A DNA stretch of 64,000 nucleotides from Blepharisma stoltei ATCC 30299 (GCA_965603825.1 CBFDEM010000030.1:496001-560000), one strand, 5' to 3'; shown: positions 1-11,242, numbered from the stretch's first letter. Numbers and translations: made by a program. Notes: generated by a model from the sequence alone, not told the origin.

Positions 1-1251
1 AAAGGTTATAACCCAAGCCCACAGGCAGCAAAAGATGTAAGAGTAAGAACCATTAAATCTCGACCTGAATCTTCAACAAAGCCTAAGCCAAAATCTATTT
101 CTATTAGAGAAGAAAAATGCCCAAAGCAATGATTTTTCATCCCGCCTGATCTTGAAGAGAAATTAAAACTAATTACAATCAACCGCGCTTCAGTTGTCAG
201 AAAAGACCCCAATTTTTCAGGAAGATGCTTTGAAGTATTAGAAACTTGGGCTTCTCTTCTAGTATCCACTTTAAAAGAAATAAAAGAAAAAGAAATCAGA
301 GGAGAAGACACAGATCCTAAATCTATTATACTTTATTGGAAAGACAAAAGCAAAATTTTATCTGAAATTATGGAAGAACTCAATGATATTTGTATTGCAA
401 AATTGGATTCAATTTTTGTGGACACTCCAAGCCATAAGAAATTTATTAGCGCAATTAATAAATTGAAAAAAGAGTATGAAGAAGCAAGAGTAAAAATAAA
501 TTAGGAAATGTGAAAATATGCAGCTAAGATTGAAGTAAATTTGGTGAAAGTTGTTGATGTAAAAACAGCTTATAAGTTTGGAAAAAGTTTGATTGAATCT
601 TTGGAAAAAGCTAAAGAAAGTTGTAAATATTTTAATGAAAAGAGAATTCTTGATATAATTGGATCAATATGTAAAATTTACGCAGGCTACCAATTTTTTC
701 AAATTTTGGAAAAACAAATTGATTTTAATGAGCTTTTTAAAAGCGAAAGAGAAATCAGCCTCAAAAAAATAAAGCAAGCAAAATTATTTTCCACATGAAT
801 AATTGATAGCAAATTGCTAAATTCTTCTAGCTCCCACTTAGTCAGACCTTCAACATCCTATGCAACTGAAAAAAATCAGCCAAGACCTACAACTCCTTCA
901 CTAGGTGCAGGAGTCATTAAAAGTCAAAATTTCTTAACATCAAATTTACTATATTTGGTTACTGTTTTAAATGATCTTCACAGCATGGTCTCATCATTTT
1001 CACAAATAAAAGAAATAGAAAATCCTTCAAAGAAAACTGTGGAGTTTATTACTTTATATGAAAAAATTCCTATTGAATTTTCAATATGATCTTCAGAAAA
1101 TAGCATTTTATGGGCTAGGCTTGTTCATGCATTTAAAGATGGATTAAATAAATTGCAAAAAACTCCTTTGGTAAAAAATCATGAAAGTTCAGGAGAATCA
1201 GAAGAAGATCTGGATGAAAGCATTGTAGCACCATCATGGAATGTTCGATAG
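1..1251 (+). CDS. 3' part of a gene with a dynein heavy chain N-terminal (DHC_N1)-like region; 5' end lies outside the window
   Basis: Frame 1 is open from base 1 to TAG 1249-1251 when TGA=Trp and the 15-nt intron 490-504 (probably also 671-685) is removed. LETWASLL, DPKSIILYWKDKSKILSEIMEEL and SCKYFNEKRILDIIGSIC resemble the DHC tail pattern (GPLxELxFW..., SxYYN..R...LL..I). Confidence 0.6.
490..504 (+). other. 15-nt spliceosomal intron (gtaaaaataaattag)
   Basis: GT-AG, A at position 10, contains an in-frame TAG; removal restores the ORF. Confidence 0.85.
671..685 (+). other. putative stop-free 15-nt intron (gtaaaatttacgcag)
   Basis: Matches the GTAA.....A...AG pattern of the other introns but is not needed to keep the frame open. 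Confidence 0.55.
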
Positions 1252-1299
1252 TTAATAATAATTATTATATTAAAGCTACAGCAATTTAATTGTTGTGTA

Positions 1300-2157
1300 T
1301 TACAAATGTCTCCTTGAAATCTTTCCATTACTAACATTTAATATATCATTCAAATCAAAAACTTTTCCTTTTACTATTCTTTCTGACATTGCTGAATCAG
1401 AAGATAATTTTCTTTTAATTAACATAAGATTTAAATTATGCTGCGATATTGCTTTTTGTGATTTAGGTGCCATTTTTCGATAAAAGGATAAGGTTTGAGA
1501 AGTTTTTTTCGGCTCTTCTTTATAGGCATTTCTCTCTGATTTTCCGATATCACTTGGCAATTCCATTAAAGATAAAGGGCATTTGGATTTTCTTAGAAAA
1601 GTTTTTCTTGTCAGAATCTTAGAGATTTCTTCATGTGTTTTCATTTCTATTTTTACTTCACTAACACCTGTAGAAGAAATCATAAAATCCTCTTCATTTT
1701 TAGTGTCTAGTCTCTCTCATTTTGTGTCTTTAGTTTTTATAATTATAGTCTTCCTTTTTCTTTCTGTGTCTAACTTTATCGGCTCTTTAAATGCTGATTT
1801 ATTCAGGTCACATATCTTAGGTATTGCATAGCAAGCAAAAGAATTCGCCATATCACCATCTTCGTAATCCTTTCAAGGACTCGTAGAAGTGCAGACTTCA
1901 AACTGATGATTCTTAATAGAAATGCAAGATTCATTTAAAATAGGGATTCCAAAATCAAGTTTTTGTTTACTTCTACCTTGGTTAGCTTCCATAGAAGTGC
2001 ATGTTTTAACTCTTTTTGTGGATTTTGCAGAATATCTAGGAGATAAACTTGCCTTGTGACATTCAACTTTTGGGCATGGCTTTTCAACTTCATGAGTTTT
2101 TCGCATGAGTCTTGACATTAAACGGCTTCTATATTCTTTTACTTGAAATCTAGACAT
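1300..2157 (-). CDS. hypothetical basic protein, 285 aa
   Basis: ORFs 1873-2157 and 1300-1683 join in frame through two TGA(Trp) codons; ends in TAA. Confidence 0.7.
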
Positions 2158-3304
2158 CAGCTTTAAGCAAATTAATTATCATTTAAAAGATAAGTTAAAT
2201 AAAAAATTAATGTCAACAAGGCTTAACTGGGAAATATAAATTTTTTTAATATTATTGAGTTGAAGACAAAAATTTTGAGATGAAAAAAATTGTGCTAATT
2301 CAAAATTCATGCATGCTGGATACTGCTATGAGTTATATTTCAGTATTTTGTCTTAAATTTTAAACTTTTTAAAATCTTCCAATCTTTACATTAAATTTAT
2401 TCAAATCTCTTTCTATTAATTGAATTTCAAAAAGTTATCATCTTTGCTGTTTCATGATTTTCTCTAACTTTATCTTTAAGAATATCCTAAATTTAGTTTA
2501 GTCATAAATCTACTTTTTCTTAGCTCTTAGCATCTGAAATTAATAAATGTATGGATTTACAAATTTCACCCATTGCATCTTGCAAATTTCAATGAAAATC
2601 TCTGACATAAATTTGGCTTTTTAGATTAGTTGTTTATGTATCTTATAAGGTCAGCGTTTTATGGCCTTATGCCATATCTTAATGCCTCTTTTATCCTCAC
2701 TTATTTGCTTCAACTTGGGATTTAGATTTCAAAACTGGGTTTTTGTAAATTTCAAGTGTTATTCTTTCCAATTTATATATTATTTTAGTGTATTTTTCTT
2801 TTATTTGCAAAGAAGAATATAATTTAATTTTCTTTAATTCAAGAATGCAAGCTTCTTAATTTTGGTTGCCCCTGCAATAATGGGCTTTTTCTTAGTAATT
2901 CAATTCTTTCTCACTTATACTAAAGAGGTAAAGGTATGTATTTTCTTCTCATATAATAATCGTTTTATACAGATATTACTATATGCAGTTGAATTTTCTA
3001 ACAATAAATATTTTTGGCCAATTAAACACCCTCATCTAACGATTTTTATTAAATTTGATGTCAATTTTAATGCAATCATCGATGATTTATATGGAAAGCT
3101 GCCATTAAAATAAATTTTTTTTAAAATAAGATATCTTCAAGTGTATTAATAATTTCAATAACTGTTTAAAATAAGAAATGAATTATTTGCTTTAGTCCAA
3201 TGAAAGATTATCAAAAATCTAAGAGCTGCTGCGTTACTATTGCGCATACAGTAATTTAAGCTTATAGAATTCATCTTTGACTTGAGTTGCGACTAAAATT
3301 TGCA

Positions 3305-3973
3305 TTAAATGGTTAAGCCTGAAGGATAAAAATCCACAAAGCTATAAAGGAAAAGATAATTTGCTAGAATGATGCTAACGCTCAAGCATATATGAATAAT
3401 GTGAATCCATCTGTATTTGGTAAATCCATAGAACATTGATTTAAATTTATCATTATAAATCATAATTTGGACTCGTCCATCTCTTTGAGATACTTTACTT
3501 TCTTCTGTTTGAGAGTAATTTGGTGAAATCTCCAAGAATTTATTCATGCACCTATACTTTTCACACATTTCCGGGTTATAGACCATTCGCTGAAAGGGGT
3601 TCTCTATCTTTCCTCTATTTTCTTTGTATATTTTATATCCTCTTTCATAAATTCACCACATAGCGCAAAGCATTATAAGTCATATAAAGTTGAAGAAAGG
3701 CACAAAGCTGAGTGAAAGGTTAATCACTAAGTACCTAACTCTAAAAATCGGATAAAGTCAATAATAAAATTTATTCCTTTTGATGTTTTGGAATCGAACT
3801 CCATTTACCATGTTATAGTTTGTATTGTAGCAAGCGGCAAAATAATTGAATCTGAATATAGGATTGCATTTTAATTGTATAGGCCTTCCTTTGAATCTCA
3901 CATTTTCTTGGCTAATTCGGCGAGACGGGCCTCTGGGTTGATTATCATCAACAATTGACGAAGATGAATTCAT
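3305..3973 (-). CDS. hypothetical membrane protein, 222 aa
   Basis: ORFs 3758-3973 and 3305-3586 join in frame through three TGA codons; two hydrophobic segments. Confidence 0.65.
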
Positions 3974-4250
3974 ATTTATCTCCTATCTATCATATATATA
4001 AAATCACTAAAATTATGGCGAGCATAATGGCGCCTTTTGCTCAGACTGAATTTAATGATGGATGTTTTAAGTTACATATTTAAATTAAAATCTACTTTTT
4101 ATTTTTGTGCCTTTTCCTGAAAAATTCTCATTAGGACTATATTTTGGTTTTGGATATTATTATAATGCCTAAGGAAATCTATATTTTTCCCATTTTAATC
4201 GAAGTAATTAATATGGAAATCAGTAAAAATATTTTGAAAGATTTTTTAAA

Positions 4251-5342
4251 TTATTCTGAAGCAAATATATATTTCGTCTCCCGGATTTGATTTCTTAAAT
4301 TATTGAGGAAATCATCAGTGATTTTCGGTTTTATTCGTGTTTCCCACATGGAGTTTTGTTCTAATTTCTTCATAAAATCTTCTACTTCTTTATCAGCACT
4401 TTCATCTTCTGGAATAATTTGATTTTCGGTATTTTTATTTTTTCTTTTCTTTTTATGCAATTTTGAATTTTTCTTGCCTTCCCCATTTATATAGTTAACT
4501 AATTCATCAATTGGCATATTGTGTAGAGGCTCAATTTTGTCCTCGATATCGCTACTACTATCTGAATTATCGCTTGTGTTATAAATCATAGTTATTTCTT
4601 TACATTCTATTGGCAATTTATAGTGATTTTCTAAGTCTTTCCACATATATCTTAAATCTTTTTCCATTTTTGTTACGACTGGAACTAGATAATGCTGAGA
4701 ATGATTATTTTTTACGTATTCAATTACATCAGACTGATCTTTCACAATTTTCTCATAAAATATCAGCTTATTGATTTCCTCAAACTTTAGTGAAGGATCA
4801 ATAAAAAGATATCTCACAATTTTCCCTATTTCGGCTGCAGCATTTTGTAATGAATGAAAAGCTTCGTAAAGGCATACAACTTTTAAGGCTTTGCTTTTTC
4901 CTTCAAGCTCTTCTATTTGACTGTCCAATGAGTCTATAAAATTATGAACGCAATCAAGTATTGAATCAGTCAATTCTGTTGAGAGTTTCGCAAATATGAG
5001 TTGTTTTATTTGATCTCTTAGTTTTTTTCTAAAATTTTTGTCTACAGCTAAGTTGTACTGCTGAACTTGCTCTAGAGGAGATTTCGATGAAAGCCTCTTT
5101 TCTTTTCGTAAGAGAAAATCGTTGAAATATTCGTTGTAAATTTGATTTATAGATGTGATAACATCTTCTTGAATTTCTTCAATATTTTCAGGAATAGAAT
5201 AAGCAAAAGCCTCAGGTGTTAGCCTGATATGAGTTAATTCCCCTGCAGAGCTTTCATCAGATGGCATCTGCTGGCTTTTACCCTGATTCAAGCTGCTTTT
5301 TGTGTATTTCGACTGTGATTTCTGGTTCCTTTTCTTGCCCAT
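4251..5342 (-). CDS. hypothetical protein, 363 aa
   Basis: Long ATG-TAA ORF; helical/charged composition with a Lys-rich NLS-like stretch near the C-terminus. Confidence 0.8.
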   Translation of the reverse strand: MGKKRNQKSQSKYTKSSLNQGKSQQMPSDESSAGELTHIRLTPEAFAYSIPENIEEIQEDVITSINQIYNEYFNDFLLRKEKRLSSKSPLEQVQQYNLAVDKNFRKKLRDQIKQLIFAKLSTELTDSILDCVHNFIDSLDSQIEELEGKSKALKVVCLYEAFHSLQNAAAEIGKIVRYLFIDPSLKFEEINKLIFYEKIVKDQSDVIEYVKNNHSQHYLVPVVTKMEKDLRYMWKDLENHYKLPIECKEITMIYNTSDNSDSSSDIEDKIEPLHNMPIDELVNYINGEGKKNSKLHKKKRKNKNTENQIIPEDESADKEVEDFMKKLEQNSMWETRIKPKITDDFLNNLRNQIRETKYIFASE

Positions 5343-5417
5343 TTATTATAAATTCTATAACATTCTATTTTATTTATAATTTGTACGCAAAAAGATTAAT
5401 AATCAATAAAGTTCTTA

Positions 5418-6713
5418 TTACTTCTTACTTGGTGATTTAGCTCCAGCTCCCGGCCCTGCCTTTTTCTTTCTATTTTTTTCCCCTTGTATATCTTCTTCTT
5501 CATCAGGTAACAATTTCGTAATAACACCAGCACCAACTGTTTTCCCTCCTTCTCTCAATGCAAATCTTGCCCCGACATATAGTGGAAGTGGCATCTGCAA
5601 TTTAAATTTAGCAGAGAAATGGTCTCCTCCTACAGCCATTTTTTTCTCTTCTGGGAACAAAATTTTTGACTGAATATCAGCAGTTCTAATAAAACATTGA
5701 GGGGCAAATCCAGAGAAAAATGGCTTTTTCCTGCCACCTTCGTCTTCTTTTAGGACGTAGAGCTGCCCTTCGAAGTTAAAGTTAGTTTGATATGTGTTTG
5801 GTGGGGTGACGGCTTGCCCTCTATGGATATCTTCTTTTCTTAGACCTCTTAATAGTACACCGACGTTATCTCCAGGCTCTCCGACATCTAAGGTTTTTTT
5901 AAAGGTTTCTACGCTGATTACTGCAGTTCTGACAGGGTCTTTTTTAATTCCAATAAGGTCAGCGTCTGCACCTGGCTTGATAACTCCGTGCTCAATAGTC
6001 CCAGTGACCACACAGCCTCTCCCAGCAATATTGTAGCTTCCTTCAACACTTAAAAAGAATGGCTTGTCCTTGGGCCTTTCAGGGATCACCAAAGAATCGT
6101 CCATAGCGTCAAGCAATTCTTGGATTTTTTTAATTCCATACTCTGAGTCAGGCTCATTCAATGCACATAAAGCTGATCCTTTTACAAACCTGGTATGCTC
6201 ACCATCATATTCATACTTGTTAAGGACTTCTCTGACTTCCATTTCTACGATTTCTTGCAGTTCTGGGTCTGGTAGCAAGTCACATTTATTCATAAAAACC
6301 ACGATGCTTTTAACGCCAGTTTGTCTACAAAGCAGGACATGCTCTCTTGTCTGTGGCATAAGACCTTCTCTTGCAGAGACGACAAGAATGGCGCCATCCA
6401 TTCTTGCTGCACCTGTAATCATATTCTTTACATAATCAGCGTGGCCTGGACAGTCCATATGTGAATAATGCCGCTTATCTGTTTGGTATTCAAGAGTACT
6501 TGTGTTGATTGTGATACCTCTGGCTTTTTCTTCTGGAGCGCAATCAATTTGTTCATATGTTCGTTCTTCGGCCATACCTTTTTGATGGAGGTAGTGTGTG
6601 ATAGCGGCGGTGAGCGTGGTTTTACCATGATCAATGTGTCCTACGGTGCCTACGTTTAAGTGAGGCTTATCACGGATATACTTTGCGAAAGACCTGGCGA
6701 ATACACGCAGCAT
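5418..6713 (-). CDS. TUFM: mitochondrial translation elongation factor Tu
   Basis: [31 protein letters not shown] and NKCD motifs; N-terminal MLRVFARSF presequence; ATG at 6713 (the ORF-track start is an upstream GTG). Confidence 0.96.
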   Translation of the reverse strand: MLRVFARSFAKYIRDKPHLNVGTVGHIDHGKTTLTAAITHYLHQKGMAEERTYEQIDCAPEEKARGITINTSTLEYQTDKRHYSHMDCPGHADYVKNMITGAARMDGAILVVSAREGLMPQTREHVLLCRQTGVKSIVVFMNKCDLLPDPELQEIVEMEVREVLNKYEYDGEHTRFVKGSALCALNEPDSEYGIKKIQELLDAMDDSLVIPERPKDKPFFLSVEGSYNIAGRGCVVTGTIEHGVIKPGADADLIGIKKDPVRTAVISVETFKKTLDVGEPGDNVGVLLRGLRKEDIHRGQAVTPPNTYQTNFNFEGQLYVLKEDEGGRKKPFFSGFAPQCFIRTADIQSKILFPEEKKMAVGGDHFSAKFKLQMPLPLYVGARFALREGGKTVGAGVITKLLPDEEEDIQGEKNRKKKAGPGAGAKSPSKK

Positions 6714-7024
6714 TACCACAGATTAAATTTTAATGAAAGCATATAAAGATGTTATGGAAGATTAAGAGATGAGGGGAGTGGGGAAAATTGGGGGTTTTCT
6801 TATGAATTTCTGTTAAAAATTAGGTAAAAATAAGTAAATATTGATTTTGTGTGGAGTTCAATTAAAGATTTAAAGAATGAGAAAAATAAGAAAGAGGTTG
6901 AGAAAAGACAATAATGCAAGGCATAAGTATTCAATGAGTCATAATAGAAAAATTGTTTTTACTATGTAAGGAAAAAATTTAAAGAATTATGTCAAATTTC
7001 AATAATAAATTAGATTAAATTGCT

Positions 7025-8584
7025 CTAGAATTCAAATGGATTTTGAGCCCTAAGTGGTGTAATATTAGCAAGTCTCATGTAAGATTCTATTTGCGATGGT
7101 ATCTCTTCTAAGATCTTATGCTGGAAAGTTTCATACGAACTGCTAAATTGTCTAAACGGGACAAACTGCACAATATCTCTAACAGCTTCATTTTGGTTTC
7201 GGTCTTTTAAAGTTCCACTATCAGAATCTAGCCTAAGCATATTAGAAAAGCATTCTCCTCCAACTCCCACAATAATAATACTTATAGGAAGTCTTGAAGC
7301 CTCCACCACCAATGATCTCGTCGCCGGAAAATCATCAATATCCCCATCTGTGAGTATTAGCAGGACATTATAAACTGACCCATCAATTTTTTCTCTCGCT
7401 TTTGCAGTAGCCATTTCTATAACATGCCTAAAATAAGTCGGTCCAGCTAGCTCAATATTTGGGAGTTCTTTTAGATATATATCAATAATCTGCTCAATTC
7501 CTGCAACATATGGATTTGCATCATTTCTAGTCAGCGCAAAACAATGGTTTACATCTCGAGTTCAATTAGGCCGCCCTCCAAAACCATATACAGAGAACTG
7601 TTTTTCTTCATCATACACTTCAAGGACTCTAGAAATGGCTTCTATTGCCCGCTGATACTCATTTTGTATGCTTGAGTTGGAATAATGTAATGAATGAGGG
7701 TCTGCATGGTCTCCATTAGAAGATGTGAAATCTATTGCGACCATCAGCTTAATTGAGGTGCCATTCTGCAAGTAGTCCATATATGAGAAGTCTCTGATGA
7801 GCTCAGAATGAGTGACTTCTATTACTCCAGAATTCAAGTAACCATCTTGGGTTTCTTTTTTATGGTTTATCAGTGGGAATTGCGTGCCTATGTTTAAGAG
7901 ATCTCTCAATGTAATGGTGGCTTGGCCGATATAATCATCAGCTGTGCATCTGTCTCAATCATAGCATTCAATCTTTATAAGTCTCTCAGAATCACTATTA
8001 CACAGTTTATGTAAATTAATTTCAAAAGGAGGCCACTCAGGATCTATTGTTTTATAAACAGTTTCACTTTTATAGCACTCCAGCCAAGTTCCATCTTGTA
8101 ATGACTTATAAAGCTTGAAATAAGGGTCACTTTTCCCTCCTAGATCTAGCCCATCAAAATGGTGTCCTTTAAAGGCTAAAGCTAGTTTAGTTTCTATATC
8201 CCTTACTTCTTCAGCTTTTATAATGATAGTTCCTGTGATTTCTTTTATTGCCCCTCTAAAAATATGTGAAATAAACGGCTGTCTTGCGATTAAATTACTT
8301 GTGGAGCATTCCACACTTCCAATTAAATCGAGGCCACTGTAAATAGAAAAGAGCAGGATGATATTGCTTTCAAAATAATGATCAATAATCATTGTTTGTT
8401 TCCATTGAGGATTGGTGGAGGCTGTGACAATTTCTGTGGAATTTAAGTCAATTCAGTTCCCATCCTCCACTTTTCATTGAAGCTTGCAGACTGGGCTTAC
8501 AGTTGTAGGGGTAGAAAGATCTTTGGCTTTGATAAAAAGTTCGAATTTTTTATGGGTTTTTGAACTTTCTTGACGGGATAGCAT
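7025..8584 (-). CDS. copine (C2-C2-vWA), 519 aa
   Basis: One frame from ATG 8584 through four TGA codons. KSDPY, IECYD[TGA]D = YDWD, AIDFTSSNG, YGFGG, HCFAL, GPTYF, LLILTDG and DIVQFVPF motifs. Confidence 0.93.
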
Positions 8585-8631
8585 ATAAAGAAATTATTAT
8601 AGAATAGAAAAATTTCCCATATATAAGAAAG

Positions 8632-10452
8632 TTAAGTTTTAATTAGGGATTGCGCTGCTAGCTTGACTGCGTCAACTTGGGAAACCTGCAGCTCTGTCAC
8701 AAGTCTCAAAATGGAGTCACTGTACCCTGAGACTAGAATATTCTTCATATCATCTTCTAGATCTGCAGTTACAGCTTTTCCGTGCCCGCCCAAATTGATG
8801 CTAATAAACTTCATATTAGCATTCACATTTTCTCTATAATTCCTTAAAATTCCTTCAACAGTCCATTCTTGGCCACTTATAGTATTATTCATATTTCCGC
8901 TGCCCGGTGATATCATCATATCTGAAAATATAAACATATTATCAAAGTGGGCCCTGTTTTCAATTGCAGTGCATATATAGTCAAATGGAAAATCAGTTCC
9001 ACCACCAAGTGTTGAAGCTTCTTGTTTTACTTCATTCATTAGCTCAAGAATGTTGTCGCCTTTCAAATCAATTTTCTTCCAGCATTTGCCATCATTGCTT
9101 GGCGAAGAAAATATGACGAATTCTGAGTTTTCACAGACATGTCTCATCATAAGTCCAAGCAAAATTCCGATGTCCATACAGGTTCTGACACTTCCCATTC
9201 CACCTTCTCCGGAAATAGGACATTTCATAGAGCCTGAGACATCAGCAAAAATGACAGAATTCCCTTTGACAGGCTTGATGTTTAAAGCTGTGGCAAGCTT
9301 TACAGCTTCTTCTAAAGCGCGGTAGTAGCTTTCTATAGTTTCTTGTGTAGGGACAATTTTCGGGATGATTTTTTTTCGTTTGTATTTTAGCTTTTGGCCT
9401 CGTCTAGGAGCTGGCTGCACAGGCTCGTAGCTGGGGTCATCTTTTAGCTTTTGAAGCTCTTCGAGATCAATTTTTATAGCTTCGTAAGCGGAAAAGAACC
9501 TGAACGGGAAGAGCTTGGAGTTTTGGATTTGGTCAGGGTCTTTTAACCTGTCTTGGACTATTTCGTGCACTTGTGGGTCTACTCCTGTTATAAGCAAGTT
9601 TCTTATGTTTCTAAGCATTGCCATAAAAGGGAGCTTTTTGGATCTTATTAGTTCTTCCCACACTTCTGCTTTGTTTCCAGAGGCACTTAGTTGGGTTTCC
9701 CAAGTGACTGGAGTCGGGATTTTCATTCTTTTGTTTGCTAGAGATGGGTTAAACTCACCATCTACGACTAATCCAGATGTAGCAAACACGTCTGAGTTCT
9801 CTGGGTATCTTTTCCCAAGAATTGACATCACGTTTTTAGAAGGCTCTTTGATGTGGCAGAGTCTAACTAGCTGTTTAAACGACAAAGTTCCTTTCTTGCT
9901 TGCCGCTTTTTCTGTTGTCCCTTCCCCTTCCTGCTTCTTATCGTTGGCAGCTTTTTTTGCTCTTACTTTCAGCAAATTTCTTTTTCTTTTTCCTTCAGAG
10001 CAATATTTTCCAAGATGGTATATAGAAAAGGTTTTGAATTTTTCAGCAACCAGGTCTTGGAGGCAGGCTGGCACAATGGTCTTGTTTTCCACTTCCATCT
10101 CTCTGAATGACTGACATAACTCAATAGTTTCTATCAGATCTGTAGGCAGCTTAATCGTTGCTGAAAAGTACTGCTTGAGATACTTTTTTGCCTCAGGATG
10201 ATTAGCTGCAAAGGCTAATAGGAAATTTGATGCTGACCGAATGTTAAGCTCATTTCTGGTGTAATAAGCAAGTTGACAGATAAACTCGGGGTCTATTGTC
10301 GCAACCTCATTCATGTCAGCCAAAATTTGGGCTATTTTTTCTTCAGCCTTTGCATAGTAGTTGGGCTCACGAAGCATGCAGGCAGCAATTCGGCTAACCA
10401 AGCGCTCTCTTGGGTCTTTAATATGCTGAGTAACTAAAGGACCTGATTCCAT
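8632..10452 (-). CDS. TROVE-vWA RNA-binding protein of TEP1/p80 type, 606 aa
   Basis: DPEFICQLAYYTRNELNIRS, KRMKIPTPVTWETQLS.GNK.VWEELI.KLPFMAMLRN and LFPFRF are TEP1/p80-type TROVE motifs; vWA MIDAS DVSGSM, GGGTD, FSDM. Confidence 0.9.
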   Translation of the reverse strand: MESGPLVTQHIKDPRERLVSRIAACMLREPNYYAKAEEKIAQILADMNEVATIDPEFICQLAYYTRNELNIRSASNFLLAFAANHPEAKKYLKQYFSATIKLPTDLIETIELCQSFREMEVENKTIVPACLQDLVAEKFKTFSIYHLGKYCSEGKRKRNLLKVRAKKAANDKKQEGEGTTEKAASKKGTLSFKQLVRLCHIKEPSKNVMSILGKRYPENSDVFATSGLVVDGEFNPSLANKRMKIPTPVTWETQLSASGNKAEVWEELIRSKKLPFMAMLRNIRNLLITGVDPQVHEIVQDRLKDPDQIQNSKLFPFRFFSAYEAIKIDLEELQKLKDDPSYEPVQPAPRRGQKLKYKRKKIIPKIVPTQETIESYYRALEEAVKLATALNIKPVKGNSVIFADVSGSMKCPISGEGGMGSVRTCMDIGILLGLMMRHVCENSEFVIFSSPSNDGKCWKKIDLKGDNILELMNEVKQEASTLGGGTDFPFDYICTAIENRAHFDNMFIFSDMMISPGSGNMNNTISGQEWTVEGILRNYRENVNANMKFISINLGGHGKAVTADLEDDMKNILVSGYSDSILRLVTELQVSQVDAVKLAAQSLIKT

Positions 10453-10650
10453 ATTTTTATATGTCAGATTAAATCAATAGCTTTTATAAGGATTCTTTCG
10501 GGAATTAAATATGGCAAACTTCTTTGTGCTTTAGCAATTGAATTATATAAGGATTTCGTTGCAATATTGACTTTGACTACTATTTTAAGAGCCAGGGTAG
10601 TTATTAAAATATCTTATCAGCTGATATTATATTTATTTTATTAATAAGCT

Positions 10651-10838
10651 TACGCATACCATTGCGCCAAGCTATTTGAGCCACCTATATGTGCTAGGAC
10701 AAATCCCTTTGCTCAAGTTCCAAGTCATTTTGGCTTGAAATCAGGTTGGGGAGGTGCTGGATAACGAAACTAGCATCCCTCTTTGCTCAACCGCCAGCTC
10801 TCATTGCGTGGAAATAATGCTGCCTGCAACGTATGTAT
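10651..10838 (-). ncRNA. putative structured ncRNA of about 190 nt, family unassigned; strand uncertain
   Basis: GC-rich island with no long ORF. The ends are complementary (10655-10665 with 10826-10835) and enclose several hairpins (10676-10716, 10721-10737, 10744-10792, 10795-10822). A TGACCCAT element lies upstream on the minus strand. Confidence 0.6.
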
Positions 10839-10914
10839 CTGGGATTGAAAACTGTGAAGAAGAAAAGTTAAAGGATTAAATTAGAGCTGAGGACAAGAAA
10901 ATATGGTGCACAGA

Positions 10915-10922
10915 ATGGGTCA
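10915..10922 (-). promoter_or_regulatory. snRNA-type upstream sequence element-like motif (TGACCCAT)
   Basis: Shares the CCCAT core with the element upstream of U5 in this window and with ciliate snRNA/telomerase RNA USE motifs. Confidence 0.4.
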
Positions 10923-11242
10923 AGAAGAGGACCTCATAGATCAATTTAGGAGTAAACAAAAATACTATGAAAATGGAAATTATGAAATAAAATATTTTAC
11001 AATTTGGTAAGTAAAATAGAAAAATAAGAGGTGGAAGGTGGCACAGCAGCGGATCTACTAATACTAGGGGTGAGTTTATTGTCAGAAATAAAAATTGAGG
11101 GAGAAAATTGGAAGATTAAGTTAGGTCTCAAATGAGGACTGTATTTAGACATAAATTGGAAAGTGAAAAATTAAAGGCAAAGAATTGGTCCAATAATGTG
11201 CAATAATCTAATTAAAATAAAAAAAATATCCTTTTTATTTCT

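Noticed and set aside
4016-4050. Short hairpin containing GCCTTTTGC, similar to U5 loop 1
   Set aside because: Mismatch in the invariant loop; no supporting stems or Sm site.
10651-10838. Telomerase RNA (tempting because it lies next to a p80-like gene)
   Set aside because: There is no template for the heterotrich repeat CCCTAACA on either strand; the CCCCAACC run lies within a predicted stem.
10651-10860. RNase P/MRP, SRP, U3 or U4 identity for the structured element
   Set aside because: No complete P4 pseudoknot pair, SRP helix 8 motif, U3 boxes or U4 layout could be found by eye; only short chance-level matches.
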